In this document: piece after piece, positions 8,913 through 20,864 of the stretch
Position numbering within the stretch: the first letter of the stretch is position 1
Layout of the letters: each line of letters starts with the position of its first letter
Assembly: GCA_030390025.1 (NCBI GenBank)
Contig: CM059431.1
Coordinates: forward strand, 142,602,001 to 142,666,000
DNA length: 64,000 bases
DNA from: Squalus acanthias
Taxonomy: Eukaryota
Direction: 5' to 3'
Program-made: the position numbers and the translations under genes
The notes under the pieces: generated by a model
The model's input: only the letters and a program-made list of their open reading frames with translations
What the model was told of the DNA's origin: nothing
The model's database searches: none

Positions 8913-10720
8913 TCATTGGGTACTATTGGACGGGGCTGTGGCACTTGCGGGGCCGGTAGCAACCGCCACCCTTCCATGCGCACTCATGAGGTTACGCATG
9001 GCTCCCAACACTGATTCGATCGCGTCGGGATGGATGGGTGCACTAGCTCCCCTATCAGAGACAGGCGCCTGGGCTCGGGCTGCGGGATTTTTATCCCTGG
9101 AATCCTTCCAAGGGTTCCTGCAGTTCTTGCGCCAGTGCCCTGTCTTCCCACACCCGTAACAAGCATTGCTGGCCTGCGGGGCGCGGTTACCCTCCTGATG
9201 CCACTCCCTTTGAGCCGGGGCTGCGGGTCGTACCTCATGTACCTTTCCCTTAAGGGGACGTGTTCCCATACCCCTGGTATTATGGTACCCTACCGTGAGT
9301 CGATTTAGGACCGACTCCTCTGTAGTGGCGGGGTCAGTGGGATCAAACCACGCTTTTGCCTGCTCCCTGACGGCTGGCAAACTGTTGGCTACTATACACC
9401 TGAGCCAATGAGTTAAACCGACGCCTTCCACATCGGCGCGCTCTGGCGCACCTGGGCAGCTACGCTGGTATACTGGCCACAGCCTGTCGGCGAAAACCTT
9501 CGGGGGTTCTCCCTCCATCTGCACTGTCTGTCCATGTCTAACAAACGGACCTTCATCGTCCGCTCCCAACACTTCTAGGACCTCATCTCTTAGTGCCCCA
9601 TAGGTATTAGTTCCCCTCTTGCTCTCGTCTGAGAGACACTGAAGGATCGAACTATCTAATGAGAATAACAGCATCTTTGCTGTTTCCCCATCGTCGCAGC
9701 CGTTAATGGCTGCGGTTTGCTCTATTTCCCTAAAATGTACGGAAGGGTCGTCTGACTCGGCCAGTTTCCGTACGTGACTGATCATAATCCTCAGCTGGTG
9801 TGAGCTGTGAGGCAACACAAGCTGGTTGAGGAGATCCCCTTCTTCCCCACCGTCTCTGTTCGGGCCCCTTTTGATACCCGTAACCGGACACAACGGTCCC
9901 GGCTTCACTTCTACCTCAGTGGGCTCTTTCGTTACTTCCACCACTTCCTCCCTTACCCAGGTTGCCGAATAGCTGGGTGGTGCGGAGGGCATAGTGGCTA
10001 ATACTTCCTCTGCTTTGTTCGGTGGGGATTTCTGAAATCCCTCATCCACTAGCGGCTGGTGTGCTGACGGGCTGATAAGGCACACCATGCCGTGCGCTTT
10101 GTTCAAGGCCTGTTTAAGGTTCCCTATCTCTTTTTGGCAGACGCTGTGATCGGCCCCCTGAAATTTATCCTCGAGGGCCATCTTATATGCCGCCCTAACC
10201 CCCGTTAAGCTCTCTTCCTGGGCTTTTATTTGGGCAGCTAGGCGGGCACATCGTTCCTTTAATCTACCCTCACTTAATTTTGCCTCAGTGACCTGGCACT
10301 CGAGGTAATCTATTTTTGCTTTATGGTAGTTGGCGACTTCCTGGCATTCTTGATGCAACGCATTTAAAGTCGTGATGAGCTGCTGCCCCCCCCCGCGACC
10401 TTCTCGTCCATTTCCACCTCTAAACTCCTGATCTGAGCTGCCTGCGCTGAGATGACCTGGTCCGAAATTTGGACTTGTCTTTTATAGCACATCAGCCAGA
10501 CCGCTTTCTCCACTGCCTTTTTATGTTCTTTGCTATCTGTCCATCTCTCGGCTGCCTCTAGTGGACGCTTATCCACCAGCAGGTCACTTATCCATTTCTT
10601 GGTCAAATTCACTTTTCCGAACACATAATCTGCTATTCTCTCTTCCATGACATTTCGCCCATTCATACCAGGGTCTAACACATTATTCTCTCGCTGCCAA
10701 TATCCTGCCGCGGTCGCCAT
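8913..10720 (-). CDS. gag: gag polyprotein (~600 aa), one frameshift at the G9 homopolymer 10386-10394
   Basis: N-terminal coiled coil; PSAPPSY late-domain motif; capsid-like segment (DPSVHFREIEQTAAINGC); zinc knuckle CYGCGKTGHWRKNC (9120-9161). Adding one G to the run joins the two ORFs. Confidence 0.85.
10702..10719 (-). promoter_or_regulatory. Primer-binding site (tRNA-Ser-like)
   Basis: TGGCGACCGCGGCAGGAT, 5 nt inside the 5' LTR; its complement resembles the 3' end of vertebrate tRNA-Ser (ATCCTGCCG....CGCCA). Confidence 0.65.
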
Positions 10721-10724
10721 TTTC

Positions 10725-12416
10725 TGTAAGGGTTTTTGTGTGTGTGACACCGCCTGTGGCTCTGTGCTCAGCCTGGGTGCTAGTGCGAGGTTAGGCCTTG
10801 TTGCCTGTTCTGGTCTCCAGCCAGTCTGGGAGCACTAGACACCTGTGAGTGGTTCGACCCACTCGCCCTTACGGTTCTGACACTGGACTTAGATGCGAGA
10901 GCAATAATGGAGAGAAAACTCAGGTAGACCCGGTTGAATGGTACGAAATGGAAAATCTTTATTGCATATTATTCAAGATTACGAAATACATGTCATAAGC
11001 ACAGATTAATGACAGTACAATCTTACACGCAGTTATGTAACTAATTTTAGGGAAACGAGGAACGAACGACACATCGTAAATGGGGGCACACATTACAGTT
11101 ATCCTTAAAACTTAAACCCTCCCCTATCAATACCTGCTCTAAACTAGATTTGTAGGATCGAGACTCATGCTCACCACTCGTGATAACTCGGAGAATTCCG
11201 AAAACTCTGCTCGGATGTTTTTACCGCAGCACCTGATCACCCACGTGTTGATCAGGGGTCTCTGTACCCCACTTGTTTACTCGTTTCTGCTCCGGCTAGC
11301 AGGCTGGACCGTCTGCTGTCATGAAGATCTGTGTTGTCCTCGGAGTTCCGACACGACTCGAAAAATAGTCTTCCTGTGCCCTCGCCCCGATGCGATAAAA
11401 CTCGAAGAATGGTCTTCCGATGCCAGTTCTGTAAAACTCAAAAGATAGTCTTCCTGGGCAAGGAAAATGTCTATTCGACCTACAGGCGCGGTCGGGGCTT
11501 ACTGACCGTGGCGATACGTATGGTCGTCTTCTTCTCTTCTCATCTCATCTCATCTCATCTCAGCTCGGGCCTTCGGTTTCAACACCGTTTACCGACTTCT
11601 CGGGATGGTGTGCCCGTTTCAAGGCTTCACAGCCCGGTTCCACACAGATCTTCGCGGCAAGCCACGAGGCTGATCCTGGCGGATCAGAAAGTTCAATAGT
11701 CTTCTAGCAAGTCGAGCAGCAAGAGGCAGATGCAAGAGTCAGAGTCGCAGGCGAAGAAAGAGTCAAGCGGCAAGAGGATAAGAGAAAGATGGACGGTTGG
11801 AGCTTACAGTTATAGTGCTGAAATTCCTCTTTTCCCGCCCAATCTTAATGTCTTTTCTTTTGTCAGAGTTTTGGCGCCCAAACTTCTTGTATAGGGTGAT
11901 CTCCGTTTTAATGGGTTTCGGTGATACTCGTAACTGCCTGAGTACCTGTTAATACTTTTCCCATTGTGTAACCGGTCAGTATTCTCCCTGGAGGGGTTTT
12001 GGGGCTTCCAAATGTTTCTGTAACTACCCGCAAGCGGCTCACTCATCGTAGAGTCGTGGGGATTTTGCATGTTAATGTCTTTGGATGGGTTCTTGATCGC
12101 TTGGTACAATAGCCCTTATTCGCACCTGGGAGACCGATTCCAGTATTTATGTGTAAAATGCAAACCCATTATGTCTTGTGATTTATCTCAAATGTGATGA
12201 GTCTTGTCCGATCTCGCACAAATGTTTATTGGAACGCCATCTTGTCTGCTTATCGAAAAGTCTAGAATGTTCTGCCACGAGGTGTGGCGGCCATTTTACA
12301 GGCTGCTTGTGTCCACTTTGAAAACCTGACAGCATTCTGCTGAAATAAAGCTGTTTGAACGAAACGATGTGTTTTCTCCTTATTTATAAAATCGCGATTA
12401 TATTGCGAATTCTACA
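10725..12416 (-). repeat. 5' LTR (1692 bp)
   Basis: Direct repeat of 2986-4654 with scattered substitutions and small indels. Confidence 0.95.
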
Positions 12417-12449
12417 CTCTCCCAGTGAGGAGTCAGACTCTGTAAAAAG

Positions 12450-12695
12450 TGACCCAACAACCCTCCGAGATCTCTCCACTCCTCTGACCTGTTGCACATC
12501 CACGATTTTCCGCTGCCAAGGCCCTAAACTCTGGAATTCCCTCCCTAAACCTCTTCACAGCTCTACCTCTCTCTCCCCCTCCTTTAAACGCTTCTTAAAA
12601 CCTACCAGTGGCTCAGTTTCGAATTTTGTCTGATAATTGCCTTGTGACGTTTCATTACATTAAAGCCGCTATATAAATGCAAGTTATTGTTGTTG
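12450..12695 (+). mobile_element. L2-like LINE/SINE 3' end fragment
   Basis: GPKLWNSLP..FK..LK-coding remnant and tail GCTATATAAATGCAAGTTATTGTTGTTG. Confidence 0.55.
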
Positions 12696-12839
12696 TCCCT
12701 GTGTTGTGTTAATAAAACTCCACCGCTTACTTCAGCTCACGCCTGGTCTCCTCGACATTTTCAATAACTGGCTTCATTGTTTTAATATATTAAATAACGT
12801 TTTCTCTAAAGTACATCCCACCTTCTGCAAACGACACTT

Positions 12840-13282
12840 CTTCTCTTCTTGGGCAATCCCTCGGAACCAAGGATGACTTGCTTGCACACTAAAAATGAGT
12901 TCTCAGGTGACTGATGAGTCCAAGGTGGGACCTACAGTCTCTGTCACAGGTGGGGCAGACGATGGTTGAAGGGGCGGGTGGGTGGGGTGCTTGGGTTGAT
13001 GTGCGCTCCTTGCGCTTGGCTTCCGCTTGCTCCCGGCGAAGAGACTCGAGGTGTTCGGCGCTTTCCCGGATGCTTCTCCCCAACTTTGTGCGGTCTTGGG
13101 CCAGGGATTCCCAGGTGTCAGTGGGGATGTTGCACTTTTTCAAGGAGGCTTTGAGTGTGTCCTTGAGGTGTTCCCTCTGCTCGCTTGCCGTGTCGGAGCT
13201 CCGAGGAGAGCGCTTGTTTTGGGAGTCTCGTATCGGGCATATGAACGATGTGGCCCGTCCATCGGAGCTGGTCGAGCGTGAT
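12840..13282 (-). mobile_element. RTE-clade LINE, 3' fragment
   Basis: LKKCNIPTDTWESLAQDR...CPTCDRDCRSHLGLISHLRTH, an RTE-type C-terminus with a C2H2 finger, plus upstream QLRWTGHIVHMP. Confidence 0.8.
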
Positions 13283-16200
13283 CAGTCTCTGGAGGAGGTC
13301 TCGGTCAGTCTCCTCTGGAGGAGGTCTCGGTCAGTCTCCTCTGGAGGAGGCCTCGGTCAGTCCCCTCTGGAGGAGGTCTCGGTCAGTCCCCTCTGGAGGA
13401 GGTCTCGGTCAGTCTCCTCTGGAGGAGGTCACGGTCAGTCTCCTCTGGAGGAGGTCTCGGTCAGTCTCCTCTGGAGGAGGTCTCGGTCAGTCTCTGGAGG
13501 AGGTCTCGGTCAGTCTCCTCTGGAGGAGGTCTCGGTCAGTCTCCTCTGGAGGAGGCCTCGGTCAGTCCCCTCTGGAGGAGGTCTCGGTCAGTCCCCAATG
13601 GAGGAGGTCTCGGACATTCCCCAATGGAGGAGGTCTCGGACATTCTCCCCTGGAGGAGGTCTCGGTCAGTCCCCTCTGGAGGAGGTCTCGGTCAGTCCCC
13701 TCTGGAGGAGGTCTCGGTCAGTCCCCTCTGGAGGAGGTCTCGGTCAGTCTCCTCTGGAGGTGGTCTCGGTCAGTCTCTGGAGGAGGCCTCGGTCAGTCTC
13801 TCTAGGAGGTCTCAGTCAGTCCCCTCTGGAGGAGGCCTCGGTCAGTCTCCTCTGGAGGAGGTCTCTGTCAGTCTCCTCTGGAGGAGGTCTCGGTCAGTCT
13901 CTGGAGGAGGCCTCGGTCAGTCTCCTCTGGAGGAGGTCTCGGTCAGTCCCCTCTGGAGGAGGCCTCGGTCAGTCTCCTCTGGAGGAGGTCTCGGTCAGTC
14001 TCCACTGGAGGAGATCACGGTCAGTCTCTGGAGGAGGTCTCGGTCAGTCTCTGGAGGAGGTCTCGGTCAGTCTCCTCTGGTGGAGGTCTCGGTCAGTCTC
14101 TGGAGGAGGTCTCGGTCAGTCTCCTCTGGAGGAGGTCTCGGTCAGTCTCCTCTGGAGGAGGTCTCCGTCAGTCTCTGGAGGAGGTCTCGGTCAGTCTCTG
14201 GAGGAGGTCTCGGTCAGTCTCTGGAGGAGGTCTCGGTCAGTCTCTGGAGGAGGTCTCGGTCAGTCTCCTCTGGAGGAGGTCTCGGTCAGTCCCCTCTGGA
14301 GGAGGTCTCCGTCAGTCCCCTCTGCAGGAGGTCTCAGTCAGTCTCCTCTGCAGGAGGTCTCGGTCAGTCCCCTCTGGAGGAGGTCTCGGTCAGTCCCCTC
14401 TGAAGGAGGTCTCGGTCAGTCTCTGGAGGAGGTCTCGGTCAGTCTCCTCTGAAGGAGGTCTCCGTCAGTCCCCTCTGGAGGAGGTCTCGGTCAGTCCCCT
14501 CTGGAGGAGGCCTCGGTCAGTCTCCTCCTGGAGGCGATCACGGTCAGTCCCCTTTGGAGGAGGTCTCGGTCACTCCCCTTTGGAGGAGGTCTCGGTCACT
14601 CCCCTTTGGAGGAGATCTCGGTCACTCCCCTCTGGAGGAGGTCTCGGTCAGTCTCTGGAGGAGGTCTCGGTCAGTCCCCTCTGGAGGAGGTCTCGGTCAG
14701 TCCACTCTGGAGGAGGTCTCGGTCAGTCTCTGGAGGAGGTCTCGGTCAGTCTCCTCTGGAGGAGGTCTCGGCCAGTCTCCTGGAGGAGGTCTCGGTCAGT
14801 CTCTGGAGGAGGCCTCGGTCAGTCCCCTCTGGAGGAGGCCTTGGTCAGTCCCCTCTGGAGGAGGTGTCGGTCAGTCCCCTCTGGAGGAGGTCTCGGTCAG
14901 TCTCTGGAGGAGGTCTCGGTCAGTCCCCTCTGGAGGAGGTCTCGGTCAGTCCCCTCTGGAGGAGGTCTTGGTCAGTCCCCTCTGGAGGAGGTCTCGGTCA
15001 GTCTCCTCTGGAGGAGGTCTCGGTCAGTCCCCTCTGGAGGAGGTCTCGGTCAGTCCCCTCTGGAGGAGGTCTCGGTCAGTCTCTGGAGGAGGTCTCGGTC
15101 AGTCTACTCTGGAGGAGGTCTCGGTCACTCCCCTCTGGAGGAGGTCTCGGTCAGTCTCCACTGGAGGAGATCACGGTCAGTCTCTGGAGGAGGTCTCGGT
15201 CAGTCTCTGGAGGAGGTCTCGGTCAGTCTCCTCTGGTGGAGGTCTCGGTCAGTCTCTGGAGGAATTCTCGGTCAGTCCCCGGAGGAGGTCTCGGTCAGTC
15301 CCCTCTGGAGGAGGTCTCGGTCAGTCCCCTCTGGAGGAGGTCTCGGTCAGTCCCCTCTGGACGAGGTCTCGGTCAGTCCCCTCTGGTGAAGGTCTCGGTC
15401 AGTCTACTCTGGAGCAGGTCTCGGTCAGTCCCCTCTGGAGCAGATCTCGGTCAGTCCCCTCTGGAGGAGGTCTCGGTCAGTCTCTGGAGGAGGTCTCGGT
15501 CAGTCACCTCTGGAGGAGGTTTCGGTCAGTCCCCTCTGGAGCAGATCTCGGTCATTCCCCTCTGGAGGAGGTCTCGGTCAGTCTCTGGAGGAGGTCTCGG
15601 TCAGTCTCCTCTGGAGGAGGTCTCGGTCAGTCACCTCTGGAGGAGGTCTCGGTCACTCCCCTCTGGAGGAGGTCTCGGTCAGTCTCCTCTGGAGCAGGTC
15701 TCGGTCAGTCTACTCTGGAGCAGTTCTCGGTCACTCCCCTCTGGAGGAGGTCTCGGTCACTCCCCTCTGGAGGAGGTCTCGGTCAGTCCCATCTGGATGT
15801 GGTCTCGGTCAGTCCCATCTGGAGGAGGTCTCGGTCAGTCCCCTCTGGAGGAGGTTTCGGTCAGTCTCGTCTGGTGGAGGTCTCGGTCAGTCTCTGGAGG
15901 AGGTCTCGGTCAGTCCCCTCTGGAGGAGGTCTCGGTCAGTCCCCTCTGGCGGAGGTTTCGGTCAGTCTCCTCTGGAGGAGGTCTCGGTCAGTCTCCTCTG
16001 GAGGAGGTCTCGGTCAGTCTCCTCTGGAGGAGTTCTCGGTCAGTCTCTCTAGGAGGCCTCGGTCAGTCACCTCTGGAGGAGGTCTCGGTCAGTCTTTGGA
16101 GGAGGTCTCAGTCAGTCCCCTCTGGAGGAGGTCTCGGTCAGTCCCCTCTGGAGGAGGTCCCGGTCTGTCCCCTCTGGAGTCTTCTTTGGAGGAGGTCTCG

Positions 16201-19200
16201 GTCAGTCTCCTCTGGAGCAGGTCTCGGTCATCCTCTGGAGGAGGTCTCGGTCAGTCCCCTCTGGAGGAGGTCTCGGTCAGTCTCTGGAGGAGGTCTCGGT
16301 CAGTCTCCTCTGGAGGAGGTCTCGGTCAGTCTCTGGAGGAGGTCTCGGTCAGTCACCTCTGGAGGAGGTCTCGGTCAGTCCCCTCTGGATGTGGTCTCGG
16401 TCAGTCCCCTCTGGATGTGGTCTCGGTCAGTCCCCTCTGGAGGAGGTTTCGGTCAGTCTCCTCTGGAGGAGGTCTCGGTCAGTCTCTGGAGGAGGTCTCG
16501 GTCAGTCCCCTCTGGAGGAGGTCTCGGTCAGTCCCCTCTGGAGGAGGTTTTGGTCAGTCTCCTCTGGAGGAGTTCTCGGTCAGTCTCTCTAGGAGGCCTC
16601 GGTCAGTCTCCTCTGGAGGAGGTCTCGGTCAGTCCCCTCTGGAGGAGGTCTCGGTCAGTCCCCTCTGGAGGAGGTCCCGGTCTGTCCCCTCTGGAGGAGG
16701 TCCTGGTCTGTCCCCTCTGGAGGAGGTCTCGGTCAGTCAGTCTCTGGAGGAGGTCACGGTCAGTCTCCTCTTGAGGAGGTCTCGGTCAGTCCTCTTTGGA
16801 GGAGGTCTCGGTCAGTCTCCTTTGGTGGAGGTCTCGGTCAGTCTTTGGAGGAGGTCTCGGTCAGTCCCCTCTGGAGGAGGTCCCGGTCTGTCCCCTCTGG
16901 AGGAGGTCTCGGTCAGTCAGTCTCTGGAGGAGGTCTCGGTCAGTCTCCTCTGGAGGAGGTCTCGGTCAGTCCTCTTTGGAGGAGGTCTCGGTCAGTCTCC
17001 TCTGGAGGTCTCGGTCAGTCCCCTCTGGAAGAGGTCTCGGTCAGTCTCCTCTGGAGGAGGTCTCGGTCAGTCCCCTCTGGGGGTGGTCTCGGTCAGACTC
17101 CTCTGGAGGAGGTCTCGGTCAGTCTCTGGAGGAGGTCTCGGTCAGTCTCCTCTGGAGGAGGTCTCGGTCAGTCTCTGGAGGAGGTCTCTGTCAGTCTCCT
17201 CTGGAGGTGGTCTCGGTCAGTCTCTGGAGGAGGTCTCGGTCAGTCTCTGGAGGAGGTCTCGGTCAGTCTCTGGAGGAGGTCTCGGTCAGTCCCCTCTGGG
17301 GGTGGTCTCGGTCAGTGTCCTCTTGAGGAGGTCTCGGTCAGTCCTCTTTGGAGGAGGTCTCGGTCAGTCTCCTCTGGACGTCTCGGTCAGTCCCCTCTGG
17401 AAGAGGTCTCGGTCAGTCTCCTCTGGAGGAGGTCTCGGTCAGTCTCTGGAGGAGGTCTCGGTCACTCCCCTCTGGGGGTGGTCTCGGTCAGACTCCTCTG
17501 GAGGAGGTCTAGGTCAGTCCCCTCTGGAGGAGGTCTCGGTCAGTCTCCTCTGGAGGTGGTCTCTGTCAGTCACCTCTGGAGGAGGTCTCGGTCAGTCTTT
17601 GGAGGAGGTCTCAGTCAGTCCCCTCTGGAGGAGGTCTCGGTCAGTCCCCTCTGGAGGAGGTCCCGGTCTGTCCCCTCTGGAGTCTTCTTTGGAGGAGGTC
17701 TCGGTCAGTCTCCTCTGGAGCAGGTCTCGGTCATCCTCTGGAGGAGGTCTCGGTCAGTCCCCTCTGGAGGAGGTCTCGGTCAGTCTCTGGAGGAGGTCTC
17801 GGTCAGTCTCCTCTGGAGGAGGTCTCGGTCAGTCTCTGGAGGAGGTCTCGGTCAGTCACCTCTGGAGGAGGTCTCGGTCAGTCCCCTCTGGATGTGGTCT
17901 CGGTCAGTCCCCTCTGGATGTGGTCTCGGTCAGTCCCCTCTGGAGGAGGTTTCGGTCAGTCTCCTCTGGAGGAGGACTCGGTCAGTCTCTGGAGGAGGTC
18001 TCGGTCAGTCCCCTCTGGAGGAGGTCTCGGTCAGTCCCCTCTGGAGGAGGTTTCGGTCAGTCTCCTCTGGAGGAGTTCTCGGTCAGTCTCTCTAGGAGGC
18101 CTCGGTCAGTCTCCTCTGGAGGAGGTCTCGGTTAGTCTTTGGAGGAGGTCTCGGTCAGTCCCCTCTGGAGGAGGTCTCGGTCAGTCCCCTCTGGAGGAGG
18201 TCCCGGTCTGTCCCCTCTGGAGGAGGTCCTGGTCTGTCCCCTCTGGAGGAGGTCTCGGTCAGTCAGTCTCTGGAGGAGGTCTCGGTCAGTCTCCTCTTGA
18301 GGAGGTCTCGGTCAGTCCTCTTTGGAGGAGGTCTCGGTCAGTCTCCTTTGGTGGAGGTCTCGGTCAGTCTCCTCTGGAGGAGGTCTCGGTCAGTCTTTGG
18401 AGGAGGTCTCGGTCAGTCCCCTCTGGAGGAGGTCCCGGTCTGTCCCCTCTGGAGGAGGTCTCGGTCAGTCAGTCTCTGGAGGAGGTCTCGGTCAGTCTCC
18501 TCTGGAGGAGGTCTCGGTCAGTCCTCTTTGGAGGAGGTCTCGGTCAGTCTCCTCTGGAGGTCTCGGTCAGTCCCCTCTGGAAGAGGTCTCGGTCAGTCTC
18601 CTCTGGAGGAGGTCTCGGTCAGTCCCCTCTGGGGGTGGTCTCGGTCAGACTCCTCTGGAGGAGGTCTCGGTCAGTCTCTGGAGGAGGTCTCGGTCAGTCT
18701 CCTCTGGAGGAGGTCTCGGTCAGTCTCTGGAGGAGGTCTCTGTCAGTCTCCTCTGGAGGTGGTCTCGGTCAGTCTCTGGAGGAGGTCTCGGTCAGTCTCT
18801 GGAGGAGGTCTCGGTCAGTCTCTGGAGGAGGTCTCGGTCAGTCTCTGGAGGAGGTCTCGGTCAGTCCCCTCTGGGGGTGGTCTCGGTCAGTGTCCTCTTG
18901 AGGAGGTCTCGGTCAGTCCTCTTTGGAGGAGGTCTCGGTCAGTCTCCTCTGGACGTCTCGGTCAGTCCCCTCTGGAAGAGGTCTCGGTCAGTCTCCTCTG
19001 GAGGAGGTCTCGGTCAGTCTCTGGAGGAGGTCTCGGTCACTCCCCTCTGGGGGTGGTCTCGGTCAGACTCCTCTGGAGGAGGTCTCGGTCAGTCCCCTCT
19101 GGAGGAGGTCTCGGTCAGTCTCCTCTGGAGGTGGTCTCTGTCAGTCTCCTCTGGAGGAGGTCTCGGTCAGTCTCTGGAGGAGGTCTCGGTCAGTCTCTGG

Positions 19201-20045
19201 AGGAGGTCTCGGTCAGACTCCTCTGGAGGAGGTCTCGGTCAGTCTCCTCTGGAGGTGGTCTCTGTCAGTCTCCTCTGGAGGTGGTCTCGGTCAGTCTCTG
19301 GAGGAGGTCTCGGTCAGTCTCCTCTGGAGGTGGTCTCTGTCAGTCTCCTCTGGAGGTGGTCTCTGTCAGTCTCTGGAGGAGGTCTCGGTCAGTCTGCTCT
19401 GGAGGTCTCAGTCAGTCCCCTCTGGAGGAGGTCTCGGTCAGTCTCCTCTGGAGGAGGTCTCGGTCAGTCTCTGGAGGAGGTCTCGGTCAGTCCCCTCTGG
19501 GGCTGGTCTCGGTCAGACTCCTCTGGAGGAGGTCTCGGTCAGTCCCCTCTGGAGGAGGTCTCGGTCAGTCTCTGGAGGAGGTCTCGGTCAGTCTCTGGAG
19601 GAGGTCTCGGTCAATCCCCTCTGGGGGTGGTCTCGGTCGGACTCCTCTGGAGGAGGTCTCGGTCAGTCTCTGGAGGAGGTGTCGGTCAGTCTCCTCTGGA
19701 GAAGGTCTCGGTCAGTCTCCTCTGGAGGAGGTCTCGGTCAGTCTCCTCTGGAGGAGGTCTCGGTCAGTCCCCTCTGGACGAGGTCTCGGTCAGTCTCCTC
19801 TGGAGGAGGTCTCGGTCAGTCCCCTCTGGAGGAGGTCTCTGTCAGTCTCCTCTGGAGGAGGTCTCGGTCAGTCTCCTCTGGAGGAGGTCTCGGTCAGTCT
19901 CCTCTGGAGGAGGTCTCGGTCAGACTCCTCTGGAGGTGGTCTCGGTCAGTCCCCTCTGGAGGAGGTCTCGGTCAGTCTCCTCTGGAGGAGGTCTCGGTCA
20001 GTCTCCTCTGGAGGTGGTCTCGGTCAGTCCCCACTGGAGGAGGTT
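13283..20045. repeat. Satellite array, 26-bp unit GGAGGAGGTCTCGGTCAGTCYCCTCT with a 23-bp variant
   Basis: About 6.8 kb of directly visible tandem units; variant blocks recur at ~1.5-kb spacing. Confidence 0.97.
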
Positions 20046-20204
20046 TGACTTTAAAAGCTGTTCTGCTTACTTTCAATTCGTCTAATTCCACTCCACTCAA
20101 ATTAAGACAAGACAGACAGGCAGTGAGAGAGACACATGAAATCATGACAGCATGCAGAATGGAAATCAAATCAGAAAATGCAGTAAATTCCTTCCCAGAA
20201 TCTC

Positions 20205-20335
20205 ATGAAGGGTCATCGACCTGAAACGTTGACTGTGTTTCACTTCCCACAGATGCTGCCTGACCTGCTGAGTATTTCCAGCATTTTCTGATTTTATTTC
20301 AGATTTCCAGCATCCGCAGTATTTTGCTTTTGATG
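20205..20335 (+). mobile_element. Penelope-like element terminal fragment
   Basis: GAAGGGTCATCGACCTGAAACGTT...CAGATGCTGCCTGACCTGCTGAGTA matches the end of the element at 41290-41380. Confidence 0.7.
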
Positions 20336-20599
20336 CAGAATAGAAAGCCTGTTTCTGTAGGCCGCAAAATGAAAAGATAAGTTACGGAAATGTGTATTTT
20401 TGCTTTTAAACTGCCGAACACAGCAGAGGAATGGTAGAAATCAACTTTCTTTCATTCTGGAGAAGGAGTTGGTTATTGTGCTCGATTCAGATGACGTGTT
20501 TCGGGAATGTGCGCAGCTCCTGCAATGGTGGGCGGATCACCATTTTAAGGCCACAGATGACGGTGCGATTGGATTCGGTCCCAAGTGAGAAGCTACACA

Positions 20600-20864
20600 G
20601 GATTGGGCCCGTCAGTACCCGCGGGTGTCGTTTGTGTAAAAAGAAGGCCCACAGGAACAAAGGTTGATTGTACAGGATTGATTATACGGGCACTTCTCTA
20701 TTACTGCATGGGGTGAGGAGTATCTTGCGGTTGTTCTCGATGTATTCTCACGGTGGGCACAGCCTTTCCCTGCCCGCAATCAGGCGGCAGAAACTACCTC
20801 GACTATACTTGTTTATGCCGTCTTCACTCGGCGGGAGATCCCGCGAATAGTTGATTGTGACAAT
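20600..20864 (+). pseudogene. Retroelement integrase relic (5' part), continued at 26063-26135
   Basis: CRLCKK..IDYTG, a frameshift, then EYLAVVLDVFSRWAQPFPARNQAAETTSTILVYAVFTRREIPRIVDCDN; resumes as NGSSFVGTEGKGILGILEIDQH after the Harbinger. Confidence 0.75.

Larger units (their letters stand above)
2986..12416 (-). mobile_element. LTR provirus / endogenous retrovirus-like element (gag - ORF-X - env, no pol), possibly lokiretrovirus-related
   Basis: Two ~1.7-kb direct repeats with TGTA...TACA ends; 5-bp TSD CTCTC (2981-2985, 12417-12421); PBS, PPT, Gag with a CCHC knuckle, and Env with a furin site and TM segment. Confidence 0.93.

Noticed and set aside
10360..10395. Programmed -1 frameshift within gag
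   Set aside because: No correctly phased X XXY YYZ heptamer with Y = A/U; a homopolymer indel is simpler.
13283..20045. CRISPR-like array
   Set aside because: Units are contiguous with no unique spacers, there are no cas genes, and the context is eukaryotic.
12914..20224. Very long ORFs (up to 1193 aa) of GGGLGQSPLEEVSVSLWRRSRSVS repeats
   Set aside because: Artefact of a satellite unit with no + strand stop; all three frames are open and the same peptides cycle between frames.
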